A stretch of 52,915 nucleotides of DNA from Candidatus Collierbacteria bacterium GW2011_GWC2_44_18 (lineage in GTDB: Bacteria; Patescibacteriota; Microgenomatia; UBA1400; MFAQ01), in NCBI GenBank assembly GCA_001000865.1, contig LCIE01000005.1, positions 1-52,915 on the forward strand, given 5' to 3'. Positions 20,208 through 30,404 of this stretch are shown here, piece by piece; position 1 is the first letter of the stretch, and every line of letters starts with the position of its first letter. The notes below the pieces were generated by a model that was not told where the DNA came from, made no database searches, and saw nothing but the letters and a program-made list of their open reading frames with translations. The translations under genes were made by a program, and so were the position numbers.

Positions 20208-21403
20208 TTTTTACCGAGTTTGTTGTAGAGGGAGTCGAGTCCCTTGGCGATTATCCGCCAATCGAAGTTCTTTTCGACATGGCGCCTGGTTGACAAAGCA
20301 AGTTGCTCTGCCAAGCGGGGTGATTTTATCACTTTTACCAGTAAATCAGCCATTTTTTGAGGTGTATTACCAATTAAAACGTGTTTGTTATCTTCGACCA
20401 TTAGTCCCTCGACTCCTACTTTGGTAGATACGATTGGTAGCTGGCTAGCCATGGCGGCCAAGTTCTTGAGCCGAGTGCCCCCCGGGCCCTTGATGGTGGA
20501 GGCAAAGACGGTAGCATCGTGCCAAGCGTTAACTAACGATTTGGAGTCATCCTCTGGTACCGACTTCACCAGAATATCTTTGTCTTTGAGATCCAAAATA
20601 TCTTTGGGGACGTGCTGGCCGATAATCCAGAGCTTTATTCCCTTAATCTGTTTTTTGACTAGGGGAAACACCTGTTCGATCAATAAATGAGCCGCCTCGA
20701 CATTCTGTAACCATTTAAAATTGCTTATCTGCAGGATGGCTTTTTCCTCGGTTTCCCAATTAGTCTTTTTTCTAAAAAGATCCAGATTAACCCCGTTTGG
20801 AATTATTTCCACATGCAAATCTGGCTCAAGCGTGAGCATTTCTCTCTTGTCCGCTTCGGAAACAGCTACTACTTGCGAAGCCTTACGCCAGTAGAATCTC
20901 TCTGAGTACTTCATTTTTTCAACATCTATTTGGAGTAGGGGTTTAAGATACCAGGGAGCCGTTTCGTTGACATAGTGTTGATAAACTAGGTATTCGATTG
21001 TCTGATCAACCAGAATAATAGGTAAATTTGTTTTAGGGATACTGGGCATGACATAAAAAGTTTCGGCGTGAACCAAGTCGTACTCTCCTGTTTCCAGCTC
21101 TTTCGTGACAGCCTCTTTGACACCTGGAGCAAAATTGCGAACGATTAAAAAGGGGTCGAAAGAAAAGCCTGTTTTAAGAATGTTTTTCAAGGTCCATGGC
21201 GTGGCACTTCTCTGAAAAGTCATCACCTTCTTGCAATATTTCAGCAAATGCTTGATGTTTTTATCTTCTTTGGGATCCTTAATTAGAGATACCAAGGTAA
21301 TCTCGTGCTTTTTGCACAAATGTTTGAGAAGATTCTGCGTTCTGATCTGCCCACCGGAGCTATCCGGATAAGGCAGATAAGGAGTGAGCATCAATATTTT
21401 CAT
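20204..21403 (-). CDS. GT4 glycosyltransferase
   Basis: PYP..SGGQIR, IPNGV, GGTRLK.L.AMA, VGVEGL. Confidence 0.9.
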   Translation of the reverse strand: MKILMLTPYLPYPDSSGGQIRTQNLLKHLCKKHEITLVSLIKDPKEDKNIKHLLKYCKKVMTFQRSATPWTLKNILKTGFSFDPFLIVRNFAPGVKEAVTKELETGEYDLVHAETFYVMPSIPKTNLPIILVDQTIEYLVYQHYVNETAPWYLKPLLQIDVEKMKYSERFYWRKASQVVAVSEADKREMLTLEPDLHVEIIPNGVNLDLFRKKTNWETEEKAILQISNFKWLQNVEAAHLLIEQVFPLVKKQIKGIKLWIIGQHVPKDILDLKDKDILVKSVPEDDSKSLVNAWHDATVFASTIKGPGGTRLKNLAAMASQLPIVSTKVGVEGLMVEDNKHVLIGNTPQKMADLLVKVIKSPRLAEQLALSTRRHVEKNFDWRIIAKGLDSLYNKLGKK

Positions 21404-22825
21404 CTATTTGGTGAGCTTGATGATAATAAAACGATCTGTTTTCTCAATTAAAGTGTATTTGTTCTCCAGGGTGCGAGCTTCATCATCGTAAACAACAGAG
21501 ACATAATAGGAGGCTCCTTTAGCTATTTTGTCTTCAATGTCATAACCGATGGGCCAACCGGATCGATGGGTTTGATAGAGAAAGGCAGTATCGCCGTTGT
21601 ATGGCGCGATCACTTTGACATCTTTGGGTGTCAGCCTTTCGACTTCTTTTCCAGCCTCAACTATCGGCCAATTATTGACCTGATAGTAACCTTTTATCTC
21701 GTACCAGGAAAGGGAAATCATAGAGACGAAGATAATTACCGTCATCAGGATCGTAAGTAAACGAGAATAGGTGGTCCGAGACAAGCTTAGAACCAAAACA
21801 ACCCCCTTAGCCAAAATAAAACAAATAAAGGGAATAATAATGGCTTGATAATAATCATGCTGGACATTTCCGCCCGCAACAATCGAGAAATAAAGTAGGA
21901 TACCGATGGCCCAGAGCCAGTAGGAAACCCCCTCCCTCTTAGGTTTGGCGATCAGTCCGAGCATTAGGAAGGCTGTGCCATAAACACCTAGAATCAGCTT
22001 ACCAATCCTTTCGCTAAACAACCATCTAAACCATGCCGGCCGAAAGCGGATACCACTGGAATTTAAGAGCCAATCGCTTGCCGGAATACCGGTAGGATAA
22101 CTGAGAATGTGGTATCTCCACCAAATAAAAGGCGTAACACCTAAAATGCTAAACAAAATGATATCCAAGGTGTTTAGCTCAGCCTTGGCCCAGGAACGGA
22201 AAACTATGGCGGCATGCGGGATGGCAAAAAAGACCGCGAATGGTTTGACCAGGATCGCTATGGCGAAAAGCATTGCGCTAATAGTGAGATATAGTCTTTT
22301 CTTAACTCCTACGCTTTCAGACATTTTGATGAGATACCAATACGAAGCCAATACTGAGGCTATCATCATGGGTTCAGGCAGAACCACTCGTGAATAGTAA
22401 ATGTTAAAGGGAAGTATGGCCATGAAAAGAGCAGCGATAATACCAACAAAGAATCCAGAGAGTTTTCTGCCAATTAAATAGACAAAGTAGATCGAGATGA
22501 GTGATAAGAAAACCGAGGTGAGACGGCCTGCTTTATCGATGCCCCAAGCGGGATGAATTTTGTAGATACTGTAGTGAAGAAGATTGTAAAGTGGAAATTC
22601 AACCATGCGATAACCATTCGGATTGTCTTTACCTGACTGGATGTTGGAGTTGTCGTGATAGATGGGAACCGATAGATTGACCCCTTTTTCAATAAAGTTC
22701 CGGCTGACAGATGCAGTGTCGGCCTGACGGAAAGAGTGCCAATCGGCTATTGGATTGTCGATTTTGTAGAGCCTCAGAAAGAAGGCCAGAACCAATATCG
22801 AAAGAATAAATATCTTCTTGATCAT
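21404..22825 (-). CDS. GT-C (PMT/ArnT-like) membrane glycosyltransferase
   Basis: DWHSFRQADT loop, EFPLY, multiple TMs, HDYYQ. Confidence 0.85.
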   Translation of the reverse strand: MIKKIFILSILVLAFFLRLYKIDNPIADWHSFRQADTASVSRNFIEKGVNLSVPIYHDNSNIQSGKDNPNGYRMVEFPLYNLLHYSIYKIHPAWGIDKAGRLTSVFLSLISIYFVYLIGRKLSGFFVGIIAALFMAILPFNIYYSRVVLPEPMMIASVLASYWYLIKMSESVGVKKRLYLTISAMLFAIAILVKPFAVFFAIPHAAIVFRSWAKAELNTLDIILFSILGVTPFIWWRYHILSYPTGIPASDWLLNSSGIRFRPAWFRWLFSERIGKLILGVYGTAFLMLGLIAKPKREGVSYWLWAIGILLYFSIVAGGNVQHDYYQAIIIPFICFILAKGVVLVLSLSRTTYSRLLTILMTVIIFVSMISLSWYEIKGYYQVNNWPIVEAGKEVERLTPKDVKVIAPYNGDTAFLYQTHRSGWPIGYDIEDKIAKGASYYVSVVYDDEARTLENKYTLIEKTDRFIIIKLTK

Positions 22826-24135
22826 TTTGATTGTGCACTAAATGCTAATCCCATAAAGGCCCAAAAAAGTATGGCAATCTTGCTTGATTCAAAAACATCA
22901 ATAAAAGTAGCTGTGGATAAGAATGAAACAAAAATACCGATAGCAGAAATAATAATTATTTTGTCTATACCGGTTGCCTTTTTTATCTGGTAGAGTAAGA
23001 ATTTTCCGATACCCAGTAGAAGAGCCAAGAAAGAGAGCAAACCCAAAAGCCCTGTTTCACCTAACGCCCGCAGATAATCATTATCGGTAGCCAAACTAAT
23101 CGATGAATAGCCCGTACCAAGAAATGGGTTTTTGTAAAAAGCCCGGATGGCTCTTGGCCACTCGACATTTAGACGAATACTGGTGGAAATGTCTTGAGGA
23201 GTTGTTGGTGCGGGGTTATTGGTTATTTGAGAGGCGTGAACGGGTTTAATTAACAACTGAGAAGATCGTGAGGAGACGAACTGAAAGATGCTTTTGAAAC
23301 GGCTAATATACTGGGGTGAGGTGGCGATGAAAGCAAAAATCAAACATATAAAAACGAATCCCAATAGATATCGCCGGTATAGGTAACAAACCACACAGAC
23401 CGAAAGCACCAAGCTGACAAGAGAAATCCTGGAGCCCGCTTGCATAAAAAGCCAGAGGAAAACGACAAACAGCGCCAAAAATGGTAGTCTTTTGAACCAT
23501 GAGTTTATCGAAGCACTGATGGCGATTAGAAAAGTGAGAATCATGGTGAGGTAGACAGCCAGATCGTAGTGGCCGGCAAAAGTACTATTTAAGGTGACTC
23601 CTGGACGAAGAAACATGGCAATACCCTTACTTGATTCGGCGTTCATGGTGGAGATGACAGGAGCTTCGAAATAGATCTGGGCAATGCCGTATAGAAAAAC
23701 TCCGATAGCAGGAAGTAAAGACAGTTCTAAGAAGTAACGGCGGGTTCCCGATTCCCTACCTGCCCAATAAATGAGGAAGAATACAGACATGTACTCGAGA
23801 CGTCTCGCTAAATGAAGCAAGACCAGGAGAGGTTCGACGTTCTTAGTTATTAGTATCGCAGAGATACTTGATATTAGAGAAACGAAAAAGAAGACGCCGA
23901 ACTGAAAAGATATTGGAGGGAACTTGATTTTTTTTTGTACCACGAGCCGAAGGAGGAAAACACACCAAACCAGAGCGATAAGAAAATCTTCGGCCCTAAT
24001 AGCCACATAAGTAAAGGGCACGGTGAATAAGGGGAATTTTGGGTACAACGGAATAAAGATTAAGACCGCCGCTAAGAGATGTTTATAGAATGAATTTAAG
24101 AGCATGGAAGTAGGCCTTGCGAGCTTTTTCATCAC
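22822..24135 (-). CDS. O-antigen ligase/polymerase (Wzy/WaaL-like)
   Basis: STFAGHY, GSRIS, R..EW..AIRAF.KNPFLGTG, DNDYLRALGETGLLG. Confidence 0.85.
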   Translation of the reverse strand: MMKKLARPTSMLLNSFYKHLLAAVLIFIPLYPKFPLFTVPFTYVAIRAEDFLIALVWCVFLLRLVVQKKIKFPPISFQFGVFFFVSLISSISAILITKNVEPLLVLLHLARRLEYMSVFFLIYWAGRESGTRRYFLELSLLPAIGVFLYGIAQIYFEAPVISTMNAESSKGIAMFLRPGVTLNSTFAGHYDLAVYLTMILTFLIAISASINSWFKRLPFLALFVVFLWLFMQAGSRISLVSLVLSVCVVCYLYRRYLLGFVFICLIFAFIATSPQYISRFKSIFQFVSSRSSQLLIKPVHASQITNNPAPTTPQDISTSIRLNVEWPRAIRAFYKNPFLGTGYSSISLATDNDYLRALGETGLLGLLSFLALLLGIGKFLLYQIKKATGIDKIIIISAIGIFVSFLSTATFIDVFESSKIAILFWAFMGLAFSAQSK

Positions 24136-25039
24136 CTTTGATTATCCCAAATATTAATAGCCGAAGCAATGAACCGAAAAGGAAAGCAAATTTAACTAGA
24201 GGAAGCTGCCAGTAAGGCTTGTGTTTCTTCCAAAAGTAGATCATATTTAGTATCTCCATTGTCAAAGCAAGAGAAGAACTCCCCGAAGCCCCACCGATAT
24301 GGATTATGGTGGGATCATCAGTGTAGAAAGTGGGATACCCTATTTTTGCCAAACGATAACAAAGCTCCATTTCTTCCGTGTACATAAATATTTTTTTGTC
24401 GAAGCCACCTACTAGATCAAACAGTTTTTTGGGGACGATCATGAAAGCCCCTGTGACCCACTCATGATGTTCATCCGATACACTTATAACTTCCCCTTCT
24501 TTTTTTTTCCTTAAACTATCGAGGAAAAAGAATCCTTGCTCGTGAGGATGGATTGATTTAATTCTCTTCCCAATCACAGGCAAGTCGTCTAAGAAAAATT
24601 GCCAGGCAATGAGATTCCAAAAATTTGGAAAATATCCGCCTGAGGGCTGAAAGGATTTATCGAAATTTAACAACCTGCAGGAATAAGCGCCGAATTTGAG
24701 GCGTTTCTTGACGATTTCAACCGCTTCTTTCAAGGCATTATCAAAAATTAAAGTATCGGAGTTTAGAAAAAGCAAATACTCTCCCCTGGCTCTTTTGGCT
24801 CCTAGATTGTTTCCTCTGCCAAAACCTAGGTTTTCTTTAGCGTCTACCAGAATTAGCTCAGGCTGTTTCTTGGAAAAATTCCGAAGCATTTCTAGGGAGC
24901 CGTCTTTGGAGCCGTTGTCAACTACAATGGTTTCGAACTTAATTCCTGTGGTGTATTTGAAGATCGACTCAAAACAGTCGTGCGTAATTTGCTTGGTGTT
25001 GTAGGAAATAATGATGATGGAAAGATCGATTTTTGACAT
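24083..25039 (-). CDS. GT2 glycosyltransferase
   Basis: LSIIIISYNT, VVDNGS, LFLNSD, MYTEE. Confidence 0.93.
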   Translation of the reverse strand: MSKIDLSIIIISYNTKQITHDCFESIFKYTTGIKFETIVVDNGSKDGSLEMLRNFSKKQPELILVDAKENLGFGRGNNLGAKRARGEYLLFLNSDTLIFDNALKEAVEIVKKRLKFGAYSCRLLNFDKSFQPSGGYFPNFWNLIAWQFFLDDLPVIGKRIKSIHPHEQGFFFLDSLRKKKEGEVISVSDEHHEWVTGAFMIVPKKLFDLVGGFDKKIFMYTEEMELCYRLAKIGYPTFYTDDPTIIHIGGASGSSSLALTMEILNMIYFWKKHKPYWQLPLVKFAFLFGSLLRLLIFGIIKGDEKARKAYFHALKFIL

Positions 25040-25045
25040 CGGTAC

Positions 25046-25624
25046 TTATTTGATGGATCCCCGCATTCGCGAGGATGACAGAGTGTGTAAAAAAGATAAA
25101 TATACTAGGTAGGTGGCAGGGAATATCAGAAACCAAATGAGCAGTCTGGACCAAAGAGATGAGCTGACCGGTCTCAGAGTGATTTTGGCGTCGTAGACGA
25201 CCCCATGAAGTGATATCTTGGGGACGTCTTTCTTGGCTAGAGTGGCGAATCGGGGGGCGTTCTTCGGCTCCCAGCCATTTACAAAAAGTGATTCCCGAAG
25301 GGGATATACGATTTCTTCAAGATAATTACTGTTTAGCTGATCTCGTACCAGTTCATAAGCCTCCTCAACGCGATAATTCAATCGATAACTAGGAAGAACG
25401 ATATTTCCCCATTTGATAATAAATTTCGACTGGAGATCAGATAATACCTGACTCCGAGTGAGATTACTGTAAAAACCTTTTTGATCTGGGTGTTGCCAGG
25501 TATCTCCCGCCTCGTCGGATCTGGCGGACTCCGAAAGGTCGGGAAGAAAAGGCGAAGGTAAAACTAGATAAATGACGCCGGTTAAAAAAATAACTAGATT
25601 CGCGATGACGGCTGTTTTCTTCAT
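25046..25624 (-). CDS. Hypothetical membrane protein whose C-terminal tail is encoded by a dRS3-like repeat
   Basis: N- and C-terminal TM helices; tightly packed in the operon; tail LSSSRMRGS. Confidence 0.75.
   Translation of the reverse strand: MKKTAVIANLVIFLTGVIYLVLPSPFLPDLSESARSDEAGDTWQHPDQKGFYSNLTRSQVLSDLQSKFIIKWGNIVLPSYRLNYRVEEAYELVRDQLNSNYLEEIVYPLRESLFVNGWEPKNAPRFATLAKKDVPKISLHGVVYDAKITLRPVSSSLWSRLLIWFLIFPATYLVYLSFLHTLSSSRMRGSIK
25054..25079 (-). repeat. dRS3-like repeat GTCATCCTCGCGAATGCGGGGATCCA
   Basis: GTCAT...ATCCA termini with a dyad core. Confidence 0.8.
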
Positions 25625-26256
25625 TGGAATAATCTTGGTCTACCCAACTTGTATTTATATTGTCTAATCTGTCTGTCCCTTATTGGCTTGGCTGGTACTC
25701 CCCCAACTATAGATCCGTTTGACACATCCTTAGTTACCACTGCCCCACCGGCGACCACCGCTCCGTCTCCGATATTCACTCCAGGCATAATAATTACCCG
25801 AGGGCCGATAAAACAATAGTCCCCGACAGTAACTGGTTCTTCGATGGCTTTAAAATCGGGGTCAGTCATATCGTGTTCGGAGTTGTAGATCATCAATTGA
25901 GAAGCAATATCCGTGTGGCTGCCTATAGTTACTCTGGCACGGCCATCAATGAAAGCGTGATCGCCAATGATGGTATCCTCTCCAACAGAAATATTTTTCG
26001 GCTGGTAGAATCGGGCTCCCATGTGGAAAGTGGAACCCCGACCGAGTTTGATTCCGGCGAGAAAATAAAACAATTTTCTGATCAAGTGACTGGGAATATA
26101 GCCAATAATCCACAAAAAGAATAATTCTAAATCTAGAACATAATTGGCAAACCGATTAGTTATTTTGCCTAACGCAGTATTTAAGGGTAGCTTATGACCA
26201 CCCTTATCAATAAAATCCACACCTTTGGAGGAAAAGCGCAAATTGCTTATTTTCAT
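25621..26256 (-). CDS. Hexapeptide-repeat O-acetyltransferase
   Basis: LbH repeats, PVTVGD, GAVVTKDV..IVGGVPAKPI. Confidence 0.92.
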   Translation of the reverse strand: MKISNLRFSSKGVDFIDKGGHKLPLNTALGKITNRFANYVLDLELFFLWIIGYIPSHLIRKLFYFLAGIKLGRGSTFHMGARFYQPKNISVGEDTIIGDHAFIDGRARVTIGSHTDIASQLMIYNSEHDMTDPDFKAIEEPVTVGDYCFIGPRVIIMPGVNIGDGAVVAGGAVVTKDVSNGSIVGGVPAKPIRDRQIRQYKYKLGRPRLFQ

Positions 26257-27368
26257 ATGTTTTTTAACATAGAAATAATCCGTTGGGCCGATGTATCCCA
26301 GTCAAAACGTCTAGTGTTTTCCTTACCTGCCTTCACAATTTTTCCCTTGGCGGTTGTAGATAGAGACAGCACTTTCTCTACCGCCAGTTTAATACTATCC
26401 ACAGAGCTGGGATCATCGATAAAAATGCCCGATTCCCCGGTAACTTCCGGAAGTGAACTCACCGCCGAAACGACGATCGGGGTACCGACTGCTTGAGCTT
26501 CGACGACCGGAATTCCAAAACCTTCATATAGACTGGGTAGGACGAATGCCCGACTGGCTTTGATGAGAGCTGGTAAATCTTCTGTGGGGGCAAAACCGGT
26601 GAAGATAACCCGGCTCGCAATACCGAGCTTCTTCGCTTGATCAAGTATCTGATCATAGAGCCAGCCCCTTTTCCCCACAATGACAAGCTTGAGACGAGTT
26701 TCTTTGAGTTTGGAAAAAGCCTCAATCAGTTTGGAAATATTTTTTCTGGGCTGTAAGGTACCCCAGTAAAGAAGAAAACTACCAGTAATGTCATATTTTT
26801 TCCTGACCGCTATCTGCTTGGTTTTAGGAACTTTGCCATGGAATACTTCTTTATCGTAAGCAGGGTAAACGACTTCGATTTTCGCTGGATCGGTTCCGTA
26901 AAGCTTTACAATTTCGTTTTTGCTAAAGTCAGATATAGTAAATATTTTTTTGGCTTTTTTGACAGATACGGGAGTCCATTTTTTAAGCTGATTAATATCA
27001 TAGCTGGTGAAATATTCTGTACCGAAACGCTCAAAGGACAAGTCCATAAGATAGATAGCGCTCTTGACGGGAGAAAAGATGGGGGCATAGTGACTGGGTG
27101 AAAAGAGAACGTCAATTTTGGGACGGCCAAACCAAAGTCGTTTGGTGAGACTGGTGAGCACCCAAGCTTTCTTTGAACCAAATATCTCGTAAGTTAACTT
27201 GTCCGAGGCCGGAGGCATATCCGGAAGCGGCCTCTCTTTGCCTAAGGCAATGATTTCATCGCCTTCTGGTAGATTTTTGACCATAGCCACGAAGATGTTG
27301 TAGGCCACCTGATTCACCCCGACACGCTGAGGAATATTTGCTTCGTTGATATCAAATCCGATATTCAT
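26253..27368 (-). CDS. GT4 glycosyltransferase
   Basis: GTLQPRKN, PSLYEGFGIPVVEA. Confidence 0.93.
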   Translation of the reverse strand: MNIGFDINEANIPQRVGVNQVAYNIFVAMVKNLPEGDEIIALGKERPLPDMPPASDKLTYEIFGSKKAWVLTSLTKRLWFGRPKIDVLFSPSHYAPIFSPVKSAIYLMDLSFERFGTEYFTSYDINQLKKWTPVSVKKAKKIFTISDFSKNEIVKLYGTDPAKIEVVYPAYDKEVFHGKVPKTKQIAVRKKYDITGSFLLYWGTLQPRKNISKLIEAFSKLKETRLKLVIVGKRGWLYDQILDQAKKLGIASRVIFTGFAPTEDLPALIKASRAFVLPSLYEGFGIPVVEAQAVGTPIVVSAVSSLPEVTGESGIFIDDPSSVDSIKLAVEKVLSLSTTAKGKIVKAGKENTRRFDWDTSAQRIISMLKNI

Positions 27369-27371
27369 AGA

Positions 27372-28466
27372 TTATTTTGCCGACAAAACCTCTTGGTATA
27401 CCTTATAAGTAGCATTGGCTGTATTTTTCCAAGAAAATTTTGAGGCTTGTTTGAGGCTTTTTGGCCTAAGTCCAGCCCTATTCTCAATAGCCTCTATTAT
27501 ACCAGCGACGATCGCCTCGACACTACCCGGATCAAACAGCACCCCCGCCTCTCCTATCACCTCAGGCAAGCTACTAATGTTTGATACTGCCACTGCGGCT
27601 CCACAAGCCATGGCTTGGAGTGGAGGTAGACCGAAGCCTTCATAGACACTCGGAAGCACAAAGGCTAGGCAACCTGAATACAATGCTGGCATGTCCGCAT
27701 CGGGAATATAACCAGGCACAATTACACCCTCAGTCTTCGACAAACCCCCATCCTGGCGAACCCGGCCGGCAATGAGTAATTTTAGATCAGGATAGGTCTC
27801 TCTAACCCTCTCGTATGCCTTGATAAGAACGGCTTGGTTCTTCCGAGGTTCCTGGGTAGACAAGGTAAAGATATAGCTGTCTCCTGTCTTGTAGTGACGT
27901 TTGGCCAGATCAATGATTTCCTGCGGTTGCGGAGTATATCGTTCCTCCACCCCTTCAGGAATAACAACAATTTTGTTATCTGGTACCCGCAAGATAGATA
28001 TTAGATCTCGCTTGGTGGACTCACTAACAGCGATAATTTTCCTAGACTCCCGGATAACCCAGGCAAGTTTCTTTTTGTGAGCATTTCTAATTGAATCGGT
28101 TGTCGTTTGAGGATAAAGAAATGGAACCAAATCGTGAACAGTGGTTACCTTAGGATATTTGGAGGGTGGCTCGGTCCAGTCAGAAGTGTGAACCAGATCT
28201 ATCGGTCCGGTAAAAGTCTCGATGGGGATCAGATGAAGTGAATTCCAAACAAAGTCCATTAGTGTGGGAGCAAAGGGAAAAATCTTGGGAATACCTTTTA
28301 GTTTTTTGGCTAGTGTCAATAGTTCTTTCTGTCTGCGAAGAGATCCTCCAAAAAGAATGAATTCATCCTCCGGAAATTGTTTGATGAGGTTGCCTACCAA
28401 GTTCTTGGTATAGACAGAAACTCCGGTACCATAAATGGCCTGCGAAATATCGATTGCAATTTTCAT
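27372..28466 (-). CDS. GT4 glycosyltransferase
   Basis: TVHDL, EPRKN, YEGFGLPPLQAMACG. Confidence 0.93.
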   Translation of the reverse strand: MKIAIDISQAIYGTGVSVYTKNLVGNLIKQFPEDEFILFGGSLRRQKELLTLAKKLKGIPKIFPFAPTLMDFVWNSLHLIPIETFTGPIDLVHTSDWTEPPSKYPKVTTVHDLVPFLYPQTTTDSIRNAHKKKLAWVIRESRKIIAVSESTKRDLISILRVPDNKIVVIPEGVEERYTPQPQEIIDLAKRHYKTGDSYIFTLSTQEPRKNQAVLIKAYERVRETYPDLKLLIAGRVRQDGGLSKTEGVIVPGYIPDADMPALYSGCLAFVLPSVYEGFGLPPLQAMACGAAVAVSNISSLPEVIGEAGVLFDPGSVEAIVAGIIEAIENRAGLRPKSLKQASKFSWKNTANATYKVYQEVLSAK

Positions 28467-29851
28467 AGACGCCGGAACTCATAAAGTTGTCCCAGATTGT
28501 TAAAATTATATACTCCGATTTGCTTGAGGCCAAATTGACTAAGTGTCTGGAGCCCGGACCGTTCCGAATCGGTGATGTCAGCTAGATAGTCTAAATAGTA
28601 GAAGCTGCTTGCGCTGGTGGCTGTTTCTTCAAACTCAGTTTTTAGTAGTGGTTTTTGAGTATAAGAAGATGTTTCCAGAGGAAGATATCGAGTGTCTCCT
28701 GTATAGAAATAAAGTGGGGCAAACTTATAAGGGAAAGCAATCATCATCAAACCATTTTTCCCTGCCAAGAAAGCATTTAAACCACGCCAGTCTTCCCGCT
28801 GAAAGCGAGGATTGTTCCAGAAATACAGATTGGCAAAAAGAAAAACACCGCAAACCCAAGCGACTGTTCCCAGAAAGACTGTTTTGGGGAGCGACTCTAC
28901 CCCGGCGGCCAATAGTGCCAGGAAAAATGGCAAGATGAATAGAAACCGCCAATAGCCCAATATTGGCGTCTTGAGACTGACAAGGGAGCCAGTTACTAGA
29001 GGCGTCAGAAGTGAAATCCAAAGAGGTAAGGCTTTCTTGATAAGTATGGCCCTGCCGGAAATAATTAGAAATATCGAAGTAATAATGCCACCTGATAAAA
29101 AATAAAGTTTCTGTGGTTCGAGCGAGATCCTACCCAAAATAAACTTAAGGGGAATGAGGGCAAGTGATTTGAAAGTGAGGGAGCCGGAGAGGACTTGCCA
29201 TCCAGGTAGGGCACCAGTCAGATAATGACCGTTGGAGAGCTGAGCAGAAAAAACGGGCCACCAAAACAAGAAGGCCAGGGCGGTGGGAGCAATTAAGGTT
29301 GCTAGAGTTCTGACCATTTTTTTGGGGGGTTGGATAAATAGAAAAATAATTTGGGAAAAATGATTGAAGACTACTCCATAAAAGGTGAAGAAACCAAGCA
29401 AGTTAATAAGTGAGACCAATAGATACTTTTTCCTGATCATGAAATACCAAGAAAGCACTACCAGTAGGGTGGCCAAAGAATACATCCTGAGTTCTTGAGA
29501 ATAATAGATGTGAAGTGGATTGAGAGCAAGAAATAAGGCCGATAGCATCGGAATGCGTGACTTGTCGCTAAATATTTCCCGGCAAAGATGGTAAAGAACG
29601 GGAATAGTTGCAGTGGCCAATATGATAAAGGGAAGGCGAATGAGCCACTCTAATTTATCGGCAAATGGCAGCCAAAAATGAAGAAGAGAGTAATAAAGTG
29701 GCGGATGAAAATCTGTCTTAATAGATTCAATTAATTGAGCTGTCGGAAGTTTCCCGAACATTATTGATGCCCCCTCATCAAGCCAAAAACTTTGGTTGGA
29801 AAGAGTTAGACGGAGGACAAAGCCTAGTACAGTAATTACGGCTAATAACAT
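28463..29851 (-). CDS. GT-C (PMT-like) membrane glycosyltransferase
   Basis: QSFWLDE, DFHPPLYY, YSQELRMY, REDWR. Confidence 0.88.
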   Translation of the reverse strand: MLLAVITVLGFVLRLTLSNQSFWLDEGASIMFGKLPTAQLIESIKTDFHPPLYYSLLHFWLPFADKLEWLIRLPFIILATATIPVLYHLCREIFSDKSRIPMLSALFLALNPLHIYYSQELRMYSLATLLVVLSWYFMIRKKYLLVSLINLLGFFTFYGVVFNHFSQIIFLFIQPPKKMVRTLATLIAPTALAFLFWWPVFSAQLSNGHYLTGALPGWQVLSGSLTFKSLALIPLKFILGRISLEPQKLYFLSGGIITSIFLIISGRAILIKKALPLWISLLTPLVTGSLVSLKTPILGYWRFLFILPFFLALLAAGVESLPKTVFLGTVAWVCGVFLFANLYFWNNPRFQREDWRGLNAFLAGKNGLMMIAFPYKFAPLYFYTGDTRYLPLETSSYTQKPLLKTEFEETATSASSFYYLDYLADITDSERSGLQTLSQFGLKQIGVYNFNNLGQLYEFRRL

Positions 29852-29853
29852 GA

Positions 29854-29883
29854 TTAGATGATGACCGAAAGTTTCGGCGACAT
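29854..29883 (-). pseudogene. 9-codon remnant of a GT2 gene start (MSPKLSVII*)
   Basis: TATAAT 6 nt upstream; the peptide resembles GT2 N-termini in this locus (KLSIIM, DLSIII, ELSIIT). Confidence 0.55.
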
Positions 29884-29899
29884 GGCTCCATTATACGAC

Positions 29900-30325
29900 C
29901 TAGACAGTTATCCGAGGATGAGATTCGATTTTTGCGATCCTTGTTTCGTGGTCTTCAATCTTTGGGGAATGGTCCCGATAGACGCGATAACTAACAACAT
30001 CGTGTTCCTGACGCATATCTTTCATTTCACCCAAAAAATGATCAAGGGTATTCATAATTTTATTCAGCGCTTCATTCATTTCTGTTCTAAAATCGTTTAG
30101 TTCATCTTTGGTGGCAAAGTTCTTGAGATCATCTTTGGTGGCAAAGTTCTTGAGATCATCTTTGGTGGCAAAGTTCTTGAGATCATCTTTGGTGGCAAAG
30201 TTCTTGAGATCATCTTTGGTGGCCAAAGTCGGTTGAATATGCCCGACAATAAGCAGAGCGATTTCCTCATGCATGATTTCACTAGCTGTTTCCTTAACCC
30301 ATTTCTTGTCGGCAGTTGTTAGCAT
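29900..30325 (-). CDS. Coiled-coil protein with nonad ATKDDLKNF repeats
   Basis: Four perfect 9-aa repeats; ends in DHETRIAKIE coiled coil. Confidence 0.85.
   Translation of the reverse strand: MLTTADKKWVKETASEIMHEEIALLIVGHIQPTLATKDDLKNFATKDDLKNFATKDDLKNFATKDDLKNFATKDELNDFRTEMNEALNKIMNTLDHFLGEMKDMRQEHDVVSYRVYRDHSPKIEDHETRIAKIESHPRITV
30102..30223. repeat. 27-bp perfect tandem repeat, about 4.5 copies
   Basis: Unit TCATCTTTGGTGGCAAAGTTCTTGAGA, identical copies. Confidence 0.97.
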
Positions 30326-30404
30326 CCATATTTATTAAATCACAAATTTAAACCTTTGTGATTGCTAATAGCAATAAGGGAATTATATGCTGTAAACTAG
30401 GCCT

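Noticed and set aside
23752-23765. CCCTACCTGCCC (WAGRE) in the ligase gene, and half-sites near 10314 and 35140, as more micro-palindrome copies
   Set aside because: Only half of the motif is present; cannot be distinguished from chance.
30102-30223. 27-bp repeats as a CRISPR array
   Set aside because: Units are contiguous with no spacers and in frame within a CDS; no cas genes.
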